Source: Candidatus Moranbacteria bacterium UBA1302 (GTDB lineage: Bacteria > Patescibacteriota > Minisyncoccia > Moranbacterales > UBA1568). Taken from it: DNA of 52,449 nt. Numbering within the stretch: the stretch's first letter is position 1; every line of letters begins with the position of its first letter. The stretch lies in the NCBI GenBank assembly GCA_002307715.1, contig DBUA01000035.1:1-52449 (forward strand). Reading direction: 5' to 3'. Position numbers and translations under genes: made by a program. Below, piece after piece: positions 18,048 through 27,866 of the stretch. The notes under the pieces were generated by a model. That model was not told the DNA's origin. It made no database searches and was given only the letters and a program-made list of their open reading frames with translations.

Positions 18048-19184
18048 ATGATGAAGAAAGTTTTCTATATATCGTTTGGGATGCTTGTGCTCACGCTCAT
18101 ATTTTTGGGTGCGTATAATTTTGCTTTCAAGAGTGACACGAATAATCCGGTTGCTGATCAGGATAAGAAAGAACAAAAAGGAATAGCAACGGATATTGCA
18201 GAAAGTCTATCGAAACCGCTTGCTACGCAGTTTGAGAATCCCATCAATGAATTGGTGCTCGGGGCGGTCATCGGAACTGACGGTATGGTGTATTACTACT
18301 CGATGGATGATAAGTCGATCAAGAAAGCCTCACAAGAAGGGAAAAATAAAGAGACGCTTTTGAGTAATCTTCCCGGTGAACCGACAAGAATTTTGTGGTC
18401 CCCGAAACGCGATAAGGCACTGGTGCAGATGGGAGCATGGTATTATGTCAATTTTTCCAATCGGTCACTTGTATTGTTGAAACCGGAGATTTCTCGTCTT
18501 GTTTGGAATAATCTCGGAGATAAGGTGTTTTATCAGTATACTGATCAGAAGACCGGGGAGAGATCGTTGAATATGTCTAATCCAGATGGCAGCGATTGGA
18601 AGCAGCTTGCTGATCTTGGTACGCAGGAAACATACCTTGCAGCTATCCCTCAAAGCACCTCGGTATCGTTTTGGACTCGTCCGAATGCTTTGGAAAAAAC
18701 AACATTTGAGACGGTGAGTATTTCCGGAAGCGATCGCCGCACAGTGTTGACTGATCGTTTCGGAGCTGATTATCTTTGGTCGCCTGATGGAAGTAAAGTG
18801 CTTGTGAGTACGAGCAATCAGAAAGGCGGCAATACCGTTTCTTTGAATATCATGAATAGTAGCGGAGGAGAATATCAATCGCTTTCTATACCGACATTTG
18901 TGTCAAAAGCCGTGTGGTCAAAGAATGGCAAAATGATTTATTATGCTTTGCCTGGATCATTACCGGAAAATGGAGTTATGCCGAATGATTATTTCGGAAA
19001 ATCTGTGCATACGAAGGATACTTTTTGGAAGCTGGATCTTGATACTGGAAGGCAAACAAGACTTGTTGAACTCAAGGATGTGACACAAAGTTTCGATAGT
19101 ACGGACCTGTTTATTTCTCCGGATGAGGATTACCTTTACTTCACGGATCGCGTATCGCATCGATTGTATCGGATTGAGCTTTAA
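18048..19184 (+). CDS. Membrane-anchored TolB-like/PD40 beta-propeller protein
   Basis: MMKKVFYISFGMLVLTLIFLGAY forms the anchor. Repeated W-S-P-(D/K) motifs occur (WSPKRDKALV, WSPDGSKVLVS, ISPDEDYLYF). The start is moved to the ATG at 18048. Confidence 0.75.
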   Translation: MMKKVFYISFGMLVLTLIFLGAYNFAFKSDTNNPVADQDKKEQKGIATDIAESLSKPLATQFENPINELVLGAVIGTDGMVYYYSMDDKSIKKASQEGKNKETLLSNLPGEPTRILWSPKRDKALVQMGAWYYVNFSNRSLVLLKPEISRLVWNNLGDKVFYQYTDQKTGERSLNMSNPDGSDWKQLADLGTQETYLAAIPQSTSVSFWTRPNALEKTTFETVSISGSDRRTVLTDRFGADYLWSPDGSKVLVSTSNQKGGNTVSLNIMNSSGGEYQSLSIPTFVSKAVWSKNGKMIYYALPGSLPENGVMPNDYFGKSVHTKDTFWKLDLDTGRQTRLVELKDVTQSFDSTDLFISPDEDYLYFTDRVSHRLYRIEL

Positions 19185-20443
19185 GATTTTGATAAGGAAG
19201 AGGCAGGATCGGATGTTACATCCGATCCTTTTTGTGTTGTGATAGCGAGAGCAGCACCGATGATGACCCAGAACTCGAAAGCAAGGGCGTTTCCGAATAA
19301 GGGTGTATCCGTCATTCCATAGATAAGGAAGAGTGTGATGATGGATATTAGCGCTGTTTTTGTTTCAACCATGCTAGGCGACGTTGAGAGTGAGCGTATG
19401 AGGAGCATGAATATCCGAAAAATGATGATACAGAATCCGATGATGCCAAGTAAGCCCGCTTGAAGCCATAGAGCGAGGTAGAGATTGTGCGGTTGTGGTA
19501 CAGCCCATTCGAGATAAGGAGGAAAGAATGGCTGGAGCGCCAAGTATGTTTCTTGGAATCTCCCAATGCCGATGCCGATGATAGGGTGTTCCGCGAGCAT
19601 TGTTTGGGCGGCACGCCAAATCATCAGGCGTGAAGAGAATGAAGAGCGGTCATTGAATGATATGAGAGCAGACCATTTTTCGCTTGAATGTTCCAAGAAT
19701 ATGAAGCATGAGAACAGAGCGAAGATCGTAATTATGGATATTCTGATAGCAGGCCAGTTTTTCGAGAATCGATGCGGAATTGTAAAAAAGATGATGAGTG
19801 CTGCAGCTGTCGCTATCCAAGTTCCATAAGAACGAGTGAAGAAAAGCGTAATCATCATGAGAATCAGAATGGCTATCGAAATTGGCGCGACGATTTTTGA
19901 GCGCATTTTTGATGATATCAATATCGCGAGAGTTGTCATGATGCCTGGTGTTATGGCTAGGGCAAGAAAGTTAGGCGATGTATACCAAGCTTGCAGGCGA
20001 CCATCATAGGTGAGTTGTGAGTGGATAAGAAAGAAGCAAGCGCCAAGAGCTATGGCGCCTGATGATGCTGTCATGCCTAAGAGAAAATATTTTCGAATAT
20101 CGTCAGCATCAGCGAATCGTGCAATAAGCCAGGTCGTTATGAGAGGAAAAAAAATCCACGTTTTGAGCAGTCCGAGTCCGGTCAGAGAAAAAGGATTCGA
20201 GAAGAATGAGATGATAGTGCCCGACACAAAAAGGATAATGCCGGATATGATATATGAGTCGATATGTTTGGGAGCAGTTCTTTTCCCTATCAGTAGAGCT
20301 ATGAGCGCGAGTATCGTTGGGACCTCGATGAGGTAGAGCGGATAGCCGAATAATGTGAATTTCATCGAGGCAAATGGAAGAAGGAAAAGCGTAGCGATAG
20401 CGATTCGACTGACAGTGAAAGAGTGAAGATATCGTTTTATCAT
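19181..20443 (-). CDS. O-antigen ligase/polymerase-like (Wzy_C family) polytopic membrane protein
   Basis: 420 aa with about 10-12 TM segments and a mid-protein FTRSYGTWIATAAAL block. Its stop overlaps the convergent 18048..19184 stop (ttaa). Confidence 0.7.
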   Translation of the reverse strand: MIKRYLHSFTVSRIAIATLFLLPFASMKFTLFGYPLYLIEVPTILALIALLIGKRTAPKHIDSYIISGIILFVSGTIISFFSNPFSLTGLGLLKTWIFFPLITTWLIARFADADDIRKYFLLGMTASSGAIALGACFFLIHSQLTYDGRLQAWYTSPNFLALAITPGIMTTLAILISSKMRSKIVAPISIAILILMMITLFFTRSYGTWIATAAALIIFFTIPHRFSKNWPAIRISIITIFALFSCFIFLEHSSEKWSALISFNDRSSFSSRLMIWRAAQTMLAEHPIIGIGIGRFQETYLALQPFFPPYLEWAVPQPHNLYLALWLQAGLLGIIGFCIIIFRIFMLLIRSLSTSPSMVETKTALISIITLFLIYGMTDTPLFGNALAFEFWVIIGAALAITTQKGSDVTSDPASSLSKS

Positions 20444-20471
20444 AGTGTTTGGTATGCGTGCCTGTTTTTTA

Positions 20472-21752
20472 CTATTTTCGTGATTGGTATGATGTTGCGC
20501 TTGCTAGAGCGGTTATAAAAAGGAATGCTGGTAAGACTTGAACAGAAAAAAGAGGCAGCTCAAACATTGAGTGAACGGAAAATATTATGAGTGATAGCAA
20601 TGCGGCGGCCCGAAAGGGGTCAGATGAGCGTTGCCAAGATTTTAGTGAGAGGTATATGGCTATAATAACGAATCCGACGAATCCGGCCAAACTGAGGAGT
20701 CCGGTTTCAGAAGCAATGTCGAGATACAGATCATGAGCATAGATTGGTTCGCGATAATCAGCGCTTGGCTTAGCAAGTAAAGAATAATTTCCTAATCCGA
20801 CTCCGAAAAATGGACGTTCGGCGATATATGTCAGCGTTTCTTTCCAGAGTCGCAAGCGTTCGATATTCGATCCGTCATTAAGCGAAATGCTAGATGCGAG
20901 GCGTTGGCCGATAGGGCTGAAAGCGAGAATAACGAAGAACATGATCAAGATACCTAGAGCAGGCAAAAAATGTTTTCGATTGATGGATAGAGCGCGATAT
21001 TTGAAGAGTCCTATGATAAGGCAAATCGCTCCGATAGCGAGTCCGAGATAACCGCCGCGGGAAAATGTGAGAAGGTCGGCCGTACTGAGAAGCAGAAAGG
21101 CGATGATGTATGCGAACTGATGCTGTTTCTGCGTCATGGCGAATGCGCCGGCTATCGGTATAGCAAGTCCGAGAAAGAGTGAAAACATATGAGGATCAGG
21201 AAAGAAGGCGGATGCTCGCATGAGAGTGGTTCCTGAAACATTTACAAGAAGGCTAGGATATGAGGAGACAGTGTTGCCGAATGATTGTCCGAGAAAGAAT
21301 GGGAGCAGTTGTTCTGTCCAGATTTTGAAGGATCGGTCGATGCCTATGATACATTGCGATAAGAATTGGAGTATGCCGATGAATGCTGCTGCGGTGCTGC
21401 TCCAGATGAATGCTGATAAGAGGCGTTCTTTTATCTTGTTGTTTGTGACGGACGCAGAGAAGACGATGAAGAGTGGAAGAAAATTTATGAGGAATAGGGC
21501 TTTTCTGACAGCCCAAGAGATATTTTCAGCCCAAAGTGGAGATGAAAAAGCGATGATAGCATAGACGCTGAATGGGAAAAGGATGGCGGGTTGTGGAAGT
21601 TCCAGCTTTTGTTCCGCCAGGCTTTTCACTGCGAATGTGATTATGAGGCCGAGAGCTAGCACACGACAAAGTGCCAAATCGATGCTATCCATAGGCGAAA
21701 GTGCCCATTGGAATGGCAGTATCCAGAAGAAAAATATCAAAAACCGTTCCAT
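20472..21752 (-). CDS. O-antigen ligase/polymerase-like (Wzy_C family) polytopic membrane protein, paralog
   Basis: 426 aa and polytopic. TFSRGGYLGLAIGAICL is the typical Wzy_C signature. Confidence 0.75.
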   Translation of the reverse strand: MERFLIFFFWILPFQWALSPMDSIDLALCRVLALGLIITFAVKSLAEQKLELPQPAILFPFSVYAIIAFSSPLWAENISWAVRKALFLINFLPLFIVFSASVTNNKIKERLLSAFIWSSTAAAFIGILQFLSQCIIGIDRSFKIWTEQLLPFFLGQSFGNTVSSYPSLLVNVSGTTLMRASAFFPDPHMFSLFLGLAIPIAGAFAMTQKQHQFAYIIAFLLLSTADLLTFSRGGYLGLAIGAICLIIGLFKYRALSINRKHFLPALGILIMFFVILAFSPIGQRLASSISLNDGSNIERLRLWKETLTYIAERPFFGVGLGNYSLLAKPSADYREPIYAHDLYLDIASETGLLSLAGFVGFVIIAIYLSLKSWQRSSDPFRAAALLSLIIFSVHSMFELPLFSVQVLPAFLFITALASATSYQSRK

Positions 21753-21778
21753 AGCGTGAGAAGTTTCCTAAGAGGATA

Positions 21779-22579
21779 TCAAAATCCGTACCGGAGCAAC
21801 CGGAGCAACCGGAGAGCGAAAATCTCTTTTTTTGGCCGATATTTTCGCATGTAGGTTTCTTGTGATTCGAAGAAATACCGTTTCTGTGACGCGTGAGAGG
21901 GATGGCTTTTTCCTCCTCGATGGGTGATCGATGTCTTGAAGGAAAGTCGGATTGATTTTCCGAATGCTCTCATCCGTTTGCAGAGATCCATATCTTCGAA
22001 ATAGAGAAAGAACCGTTCATCAAAACCGCCTATGTTTGAAAAATCATCTTTTCTCATAAAAAGCGCTCCTCCGCTGACCCAATCGGTCGTGATGGTTTCG
22101 GATGTATTTTTTCTGGAGGCGATTGGAAAAAGATTGTTTTTGATAAGTCTCGAAAAAGTAAGCTCATCGCCGAAACTGAAACTCTCTTGCTGACCATTGC
22201 TATCGACAAGCGAAATGCCAGCCACCCCGATCGTTTGGTCGGAAAGAAGAGAGAGAATAGAGTCCAAGGAACGTCCCGTCCAGAGGATATCAGGATTGAT
22301 GAAGCCGATGATATGTCCTTGTGCAGCAGCAGCGCCGAGATTTGCTCCTTTTCCGAAACCTCCGTTCTGACCGCTTTCGATAACGATGAATCCGAATATT
22401 CTACTGAGCGCATGGATTACGCTGTATTCGTTGGGATCGTTGTTTACGACGATGAGTTCGCTTCGTGAAAGATCCTCGGTATGTTGGATGCTTTGTATCG
22501 CTTCGGCTAGATAGCGGGCGCTACCGTAGTTGACGAATATGAGCGAATAAAGAGGGGTGTTCGGCATAATAGTCGGCAT
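21779..22579 (-). CDS. Family 2 glycosyltransferase
   Basis: It carries LIFVNYGS...VVNNDPNE, GFGKGANLG and GGFDERFFLYFEDMDLCKR. The start is uncertain (ATG at 22579 or 22567, or 22627) and it overlaps the upstream GT2 stop. Confidence 0.85.
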   Translation of the reverse strand: MPTIMPNTPLYSLIFVNYGSARYLAEAIQSIQHTEDLSRSELIVVNNDPNEYSVIHALSRIFGFIVIESGQNGGFGKGANLGAAAAQGHIIGFINPDILWTGRSLDSILSLLSDQTIGVAGISLVDSNGQQESFSFGDELTFSRLIKNNLFPIASRKNTSETITTDWVSGGALFMRKDDFSNIGGFDERFFLYFEDMDLCKRMRAFGKSIRLSFKTSITHRGGKSHPSHASQKRYFFESQETYMRKYRPKKEIFALRLLRLLRYGF

Positions 22580-23414
22580 AGGCTTGTCCAACACGGAAGG
22601 CTTCTTCCCTCCCGAGAAGCCTGTCAATCAGATTCTTTGTCCTCCGTATTGTAGCATATATGCAGAGATATGGCCGGATATACCAAGGCGTATGCCGATC
22701 GAAAAATATGAGTCCTGAGCGGACGAGATGGTAGATTTTTTCAGGATTGGATTGGCTCGACTCCTTATGTTGGACAATCGCTTGTGGAACGATAGATAGG
22801 CCGAACCCTGCTTGAGAGGCGCGCAACGAGAAATCAGCGTCTTCATAATAAAGAAAGAATGTTTCATCAAGGAAACCTATACGTGCAAAAACTTCTTTGC
22901 GGATCAGGAGCGCACAGCCGGTTAGGATAGGGCTCGAATAATGTGCAAGTCCTAGTTCTGCATCTTTTGGCATCACGTGTTCGGTCCTCATGCGGAAGAA
23001 TCGGATTATCGCTTTCCCGAACCAAAGCGATTCATGCTGCGGATCGAAGATAATCGGACTCAGAAGTCCTGCTTGTGGCAAGGCGAAGGAATGATGTATC
23101 AGGATATTCAAGGAATCTGGGTGAGCGGTTGCGTCATTATTGAAGAGCCAGCACCAATCTGCTCCTCGCTCCAAGGCTGCGCGTATTCCAGCATTCATTC
23201 CTCCGGCAAAACCGAGGTTGGTACCAGTCGTCATGAAATGATAATTCGGGAATGAGCGCTTGGCTTCTTCGTATGATCCGTCGGTTGAAGCATTATCGAC
23301 AACGATGATATCTTTCCGATCGTAATGGAGATTGGAAAGTGAAATGAGACAATCATGAAGGCAATCGCGGCCATTCCAGTTGAGAACGATGATAGCGACT
23401 TTCGGAGAAATCAT
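22521..23414 (-). CDS. Family 2 glycosyltransferase (rhamnosyltransferase-like)
   Basis: It carries VAIIVLNWNGRDCL...VVDNASTDGS, GFAGGMNAG and LDETFFLYYEDADFSLR. Confidence 0.88.
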   Translation of the reverse strand: MISPKVAIIVLNWNGRDCLHDCLISLSNLHYDRKDIIVVDNASTDGSYEEAKRSFPNYHFMTTGTNLGFAGGMNAGIRAALERGADWCWLFNNDATAHPDSLNILIHHSFALPQAGLLSPIIFDPQHESLWFGKAIIRFFRMRTEHVMPKDAELGLAHYSSPILTGCALLIRKEVFARIGFLDETFFLYYEDADFSLRASQAGFGLSIVPQAIVQHKESSQSNPEKIYHLVRSGLIFFDRHTPWYIRPYLCIYATIRRTKNLIDRLLGREEAFRVGQAYADYYAEHPSLFAHIRQLR

Positions 23415-23425
23415 ATGAAGATTCC

Positions 23426-24889
23426 TTAGGGGACCATCGTTTCCATCCGTTCGGCCTCGGCGATTGATCCTGGCTGCTTTTGGAAGAGACTGACCAATTC
23501 GTTTTTATTCACGGCATGAGTTAGCCAGAGGACGAAGAGATATGTTGCAACACCGGCGGCGCTTGCCAAAAGGAAAGAGTATGGTTCAGCGATCGCGAGA
23601 ACTGCTCCCATGGAAAATCCAGATAGCAGTATAGAGCCGATTTTTTCAAAAGATGGAAGGAATTTTATTTGTCGAAATACAAGCGTTCCGGTGAGTAAAG
23701 CCACAAGCATCTCTGTCAGGAAGGAGGCGCTTGCCGCTCCCATGTAAGAGTATTCTTTGATGAGGAAGGTATTGATAGCAACATTGAAAACAGCAGCGAT
23801 GATAAGCGTTTGCATGAGTTTCTTTTGGAGATTGCCGACAATGAGGAGCATATTGAAAAATTGTCCGAAAAAGATGCATCCGAGTGCGAAGATGAGGATA
23901 CGGAGCACGGGAGCTGATTCTGGAAAGCCGTTTCCTGAGACGATCCGGATGATATCATTCGCAAGAAACCATGTTCCGACGATAAGAGGCGTGATGATGA
24001 TGAGAAAAACTTTGAAAGTCTTGTTGGCGATTTCTTCGAAGCGCATACGATTGGTGAAGATGAAACGTGAAAGAAGCGGCAAGATCAAGCCGGCTAACAT
24101 GGCAGGGAAGAAAATCAAGTTTTCCATGATCTTATAGGCGACGTTATAGATACCGACATGGGAATTCGATTGGAAAAGCGAGAGAAGGATGGTATCCATT
24201 TTGAAATATATAAATGTGATGATGGCTGTCATGCCCATCGGCCAAGATTCGCGAAGGAAGCGTTTCCAATAAATGAAATCAAAAGTGAGATGGAATGATG
24301 CATAGCGTCGGCTTAATAAAAGAGCTAATATGGCGTTGAATGAGAGCGATATGATGAGGGTGGTAGCGATAGCTAGGAATCCCCAATTGGCTTTTACGAT
24401 AAGAGCGACGGAACCCACTTGGAGAAGTTTGCCGATGAATTCAATCATGGCGATTTTATCCATGGCGAGATGTTTCTGAAAGATGCCGTTAAGAGTGAGA
24501 GAAAGTGTCGAGAATATTATGGCTCCGGCTGCGATGACGATACCTGCTTTGACGTCGCTCGAATAATTAAAGAAAACGACGATAAAAGGCGCTATCATAG
24601 CAAGCATGACGGATGATGCGAGACGGAGCGCTATGACATTGCCGAGGATTTTTCCTTCGTCGGCTCCATCACGCGATATTTCTCGAGCGGTCACTGAGCC
24701 GAGTCCGAGATCAGCGACAGCTGAGAAGAATGCAAAGAAAGCCAGGACAGTAGCGTATTTTCCGAATCCGTCCTGACCAAGATAGCCGGTAATCAAGCGT
24801 ATGGATAAAAGCGAAAGCGCGACGGTCGAAAAAACTTTGAGCGCTGAATTGATGATGACGATATAAGCGATTTTCCGGGCTACGGCCAT
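23426..24889 (-). CDS. Wzx-type oligosaccharide flippase (MOP superfamily)
   Basis: 487 aa with about 12-14 TM segments, the N-terminal block ITGYLGQDGFGKY and polysaccharide-biosynthesis-protein architecture. Confidence 0.8.
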   Translation of the reverse strand: MAVARKIAYIVIINSALKVFSTVALSLLSIRLITGYLGQDGFGKYATVLAFFAFFSAVADLGLGSVTAREISRDGADEGKILGNVIALRLASSVMLAMIAPFIVVFFNYSSDVKAGIVIAAGAIIFSTLSLTLNGIFQKHLAMDKIAMIEFIGKLLQVGSVALIVKANWGFLAIATTLIISLSFNAILALLLSRRYASFHLTFDFIYWKRFLRESWPMGMTAIITFIYFKMDTILLSLFQSNSHVGIYNVAYKIMENLIFFPAMLAGLILPLLSRFIFTNRMRFEEIANKTFKVFLIIITPLIVGTWFLANDIIRIVSGNGFPESAPVLRILIFALGCIFFGQFFNMLLIVGNLQKKLMQTLIIAAVFNVAINTFLIKEYSYMGAASASFLTEMLVALLTGTLVFRQIKFLPSFEKIGSILLSGFSMGAVLAIAEPYSFLLASAAGVATYLFVLWLTHAVNKNELVSLFQKQPGSIAEAERMETMVP

Positions 24890-24951
24890 AAGAATGATGA
24901 CAGCGGATTTGTCCTTGAATTATAGCAGTATTTTGTCGCTCAGGATATGAG

Positions 24952-24978
24952 AAATCCCGCCAATTTCAAGCGGGATTT
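24952..24978 (-). terminator. Terminator of the rpmH-rnpA-yidC-jag operon
   Basis: Hairpin aaatcccgc/gcgggattt, about 20 nt after the jag stop. Confidence 0.55.
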
Positions 24979-24999
24979 TTCTAGGGTATTGAATTTATA

Positions 25000-25482
25000 T
25001 CAGGCGATCGATACTTCATCGGTCGGTTTCGGTCTGACGAGTACCTTCCTTTCTTCTCCTTTCCCAATGCTCTCGGTGGTGACAGAGGGCATATGAGCAA
25101 GATGGGAGTGGATGATTTTCCGTTCATAAGGAAGCATCGGACGAAGCGCTACGGAAATATTATTTTCTAAGGCTTCAGAACAGGCTTTTTCAGCTTCTCG
25201 TTCCAAGGCTTCGCGTTTTCCTGCAAAATAACCGTTAATATCGACGATTATATCGGTCCGTTCGCCTACGCGTTTACGGAGCATTACTCGAACTAGATGT
25301 TGTATAGCTGCAAGATTTATGCCATGCTGTCCAATCAGCAAATTTTGGTTTTCAGCGATTTCTGCTTGGCAGGTGATTATGCCATCTGATGTCACCTGTG
25401 TTTTCACAGAAGCCGAAAATCCCATTTTTTCGAGCACATTGGTAACGATGTCCGTGAGTTCTTCTTGATGTTCAGTGGCCAT
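25000..25482 (-). CDS. jag: Jag/SpoIIIJ-associated KH + R3H RNA-binding protein
   Basis: It has the R3H block LRPMLPYERKIIHSHLA and a KH-like region. The ATG at 25482 (MATEHQEEL) avoids overlap with yidC. Confidence 0.85.
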   Translation of the reverse strand: MATEHQEELTDIVTNVLEKMGFSASVKTQVTSDGIITCQAEIAENQNLLIGQHGINLAAIQHLVRVMLRKRVGERTDIIVDINGYFAGKREALEREAEKACSEALENNISVALRPMLPYERKIIHSHLAHMPSVTTESIGKGEERKVLVRPKPTDEVSIA

Positions 25483-25486
25483 AGAG

Positions 25487-26209
25487 TTAGAATTCTTTCC
25501 GTTTAATGATGAATGTCTGTTGGACGAGCATGAAAACGGTCGAAACAAGCCAATAAAGCGAAAGAGCAGCAGGGAACGTGACGCCGATAAAGAAGGTGAG
25601 ACCAGGACCGAGATAAAGCATCTGTTTATTCATGATAGTGGCGATATCTGATTGATTCGCCTCAGCGTTCTGTTGGGTCGGTTGGCCTTGGAGCAGTGTT
25701 TTTGTTTGGAAATATTGTGCAAGAGCCGCAAGAGCTGCAAAGATATAATTTGGTTTTGAAAGATCAATGAACCCGATGAAAAAATGGCTGACCATCCCCG
25801 GATTATTGATAAAGAAATAGAGATTTTCTTGGGAAATAAGGAAACCGGACTGGGAAATATTGATGATGACCCGATAGATAGCAATGAGGAATATGAGCTG
25901 GATGATGAGTGGCAGGCATCCAGAAACAGGATTGGCGCCGTGCTCTTTATAGAGCGCCATAATGGCTTTTGTCTGGGCTTCCTTGTCTTCTTTATGGCGT
26001 TTTTGGAGTTCTTTTATCTTCGGTTGAAGCTCTTGCATCTTTTTTTGCGACTCAATCTGCTTCTTTGAAAGGGGGATAAAAAAAGCTTTAAGCAGGAGTG
26101 TTGTTAGTATGATGGCAATGCCGAAATCATGTCCTGGAATCACATCATAGAAGAACACGATAACGTTGTATAGCGGTTGGTAGATAGCGATATGGAAAAG
26201 TGCGACCAT
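25487..26209 (-). CDS. yidC: Membrane protein insertase YidC (short form)
   Basis: It carries PLYNVIVFFYD, GCLPLIIQLIFLIAIY and a charged loop KKQIESQKKMQELQPKIKELQKRHKEDKE. Confidence 0.9.
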   Translation of the reverse strand: MVALFHIAIYQPLYNVIVFFYDVIPGHDFGIAIILTTLLLKAFFIPLSKKQIESQKKMQELQPKIKELQKRHKEDKEAQTKAIMALYKEHGANPVSGCLPLIIQLIFLIAIYRVIINISQSGFLISQENLYFFINNPGMVSHFFIGFIDLSKPNYIFAALAALAQYFQTKTLLQGQPTQQNAEANQSDIATIMNKQMLYLGPGLTFFIGVTFPAALSLYWLVSTVFMLVQQTFIIKRKEF

Positions 26210-26215
26210 AGGATA

Positions 26216-26560
26216 CTAATCTTTTTGCTTATGTATATATTTGATGATACGCGAAACAATCGATAAGGAAGTGTAATAATCCATATGTTTCGGCTGTTTC
26301 TTAGCGAAAAAAACGATGTCGATTCCGGAGGGCCATTCAGAGCGTAATGAGGTGAAAGCTTCGGAAATGACTCTGCGAAGATGATTCCTGTCAACGGCAA
26401 GAGGAAGAGATTTTTTGCTTAGTGAAAATCCTACCCTAAGTCCTGCTATTGCGTTTTGAGAGATCCTACAGCCGATTTCCTCAAAAAAAAGAGGCTTTCC
26501 GCTACGAAAAACTCTGTCAAAGTCTACTTTTTTCGTTATACGGAAGCCTTTTTTTAGCAT
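26216..26560 (-). CDS. rnpA: RNase P protein component
   Basis: 114 aa and basic, with KKVDFDRVFRSGK. It sits directly downstream of rpmH. Confidence 0.9.
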   Translation of the reverse strand: MLKKGFRITKKVDFDRVFRSGKPLFFEEIGCRISQNAIAGLRVGFSLSKKSLPLAVDRNHLRRVISEAFTSLRSEWPSGIDIVFFAKKQPKHMDYYTSLSIVSRIIKYIHKQKD

Positions 26561-26563
26561 ATC

Positions 26564-26704
26564 TTACGCTACAGCGAGTCTTTTACGGCCAACAGCTCGG
26601 CGCGCAGCGATGACTTTGCGGCCGCTGGCAGTGCTCATGCGCTCCAGAAAACCGTGCCGGCGTGCACGCTTACGCGTTTTCGGCTGATATGTCCTTTTTG
26701 GCAT
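26564..26704 (-). CDS. rpmH: 50S ribosomal protein L34
   Basis: My hand translation gives [46 protein letters not shown] (46 aa). It is below the ORF-track length cut-off. Confidence 0.95.
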   Translation of the reverse strand: MPKRTYQPKTRKRARRHGFLERMSTASGRKVIAARRAVGRKRLAVA

Positions 26705-26737
26705 ACGGATTATTCCTAGGGTTATTACAGTTTTCAC

Positions 26738-26765
26738 AGTATATCAGAAGAGGGGAGAAAGTCAA
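26738..26765 (-). promoter_or_regulatory. Promoter of the rpmH operon
   Basis: The minus strand reads TTGACT-16 nt-TATACT. Confidence 0.5.
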
Positions 26766-26787
26766 CCGCTTTGCAGAATATTTTAGC

Positions 26788-26816
26788 TCGACAGAGACTG
26801 TTTTTCCTGATAGAAT
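26788..26816 (+). promoter_or_regulatory. Divergent promoter of the MBL-fold hydrolase gene
   Basis: TCGACA-17 nt-TAGAAT. Confidence 0.4.
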
Positions 26817-26847
26817 GTATATGTTATCGGAAAATTCTCTCAAATGT

Positions 26848-27507
26848 ATGAATATCCAGTATTACGGTGATTATTGCTTTAAAATAAGCACGAAACCAGC
26901 CGGAAGAGCTACGGATGACATTATCATCTGGACGGACCCGTTAGAAAAGGGCGCCGGTCTTCGTTCGCCGCAGGGAGAAGCGAATATCGTTTTTTTGACG
27001 CATGGTGACACTCAAGCGGCACGTGAATCGCTGAAAGGCGAGCCTGTTATCATTGACGCTCCGGGAGAATACGCCGCTCGCGGAATTACAGCACTTGGTT
27101 TTCCGGCTTTTTGTGACGAAGAAGAAGGAGCTCTTCGTGGACAGAATACCGTTTTTGTTTTTGAAAGCGAAGACATTCACATGTGCTTTCTCGGAGCTCT
27201 TGGTCATGATTTGTCGCCTGAGACATTAGGAAAATTGAATGGCATCGATATTTTGTTCGTTCCAGTAGGTGGAGATGATACTATTTCAGCAAAGTTAGCG
27301 GCTGAGCTTGTGAGGAAGATTGAACCGAATGTTGTTATACCGATGCATTATGCTCTGTCTGGATTGGCGGTGCGCTTGAGCAGTGAGAAGGCTTTTTGTG
27401 AGGCTCTCGGCAATTGTCCTCGAGAGACCTTGCAAAAATTCAATATAAAGAAGAAAGATCTTGAAGAAAAGATGCTTGAAGTGGTGTTGCTTGAGCGCGG
27501 AGCATAG
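26848..27507 (+). CDS. MBL-fold metal-dependent hydrolase (UPF0173-like)
   Basis: It starts MNIQYYGDYCFKIST and has FLTHGD in place of HxHxDH, then IPMHY. The longer ORF from 26662 would overlap rpmH, so I shortened it. Confidence 0.7.
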   Translation: MNIQYYGDYCFKISTKPAGRATDDIIIWTDPLEKGAGLRSPQGEANIVFLTHGDTQAARESLKGEPVIIDAPGEYAARGITALGFPAFCDEEEGALRGQNTVFVFESEDIHMCFLGALGHDLSPETLGKLNGIDILFVPVGGDDTISAKLAAELVRKIEPNVVIPMHYALSGLAVRLSSEKAFCEALGNCPRETLQKFNIKKKDLEEKMLEVVLLERGA

Positions 27508-27518
27508 CGTACGCGATT

Positions 27519-27866
27519 ATGGCTTTTGATATTTGGGAAAAGATAGAGGCGATTCGACATCAGCCAGAGTCTGTCCGTATGCGGTATGCTCTGGCCTGTG
27601 TTGGTATTTCGATGCTGCTGATCATCGGTCTTTGGCTTCTTTCGGTTCGTGAAGGATTTTCGGATTTTTCTGAAGGCTTATCGGCAACGATAGAAAAAGG
27701 GAAAGAAATCAATCCTCAAACGGATACGCCATCGCTCAATGATATGTTTGAACAGTCAAAAACGCTTCGCGTCGATAGTTCGGGGAAAACGGGCCAGCAA
27801 TTTTTTGATGAGAAGCTCCAGCAATCGCAGCAGGGAACGGCAAGTGGCATAGGGACGGAACAATAA
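27519..27866 (+). CDS. Small single-TM hypothetical protein
   Basis: 115 aa with TM segment YALACVGISMLLIIGLWLLSV, tightly spaced after the preceding gene. Confidence 0.6.
   Translation: MAFDIWEKIEAIRHQPESVRMRYALACVGISMLLIIGLWLLSVREGFSDFSEGLSATIEKGKEINPQTDTPSLNDMFEQSKTLRVDSSGKTGQQFFDEKLQQSQQGTASGIGTEQ

Noticed and set aside
21791-21817. Tandem 9-bp repeat ccggagcaa x2.5
   Set aside because: It lies inside the GT2 C-terminus and simply encodes the LRLLRLLR tail. It has no independent significance.
26662-26847. N-terminal extension of the MBL hydrolase ORF
   Set aside because: It would overlap rpmH and both divergent promoters. The family-typical start MNIQYYGD is at 26848.
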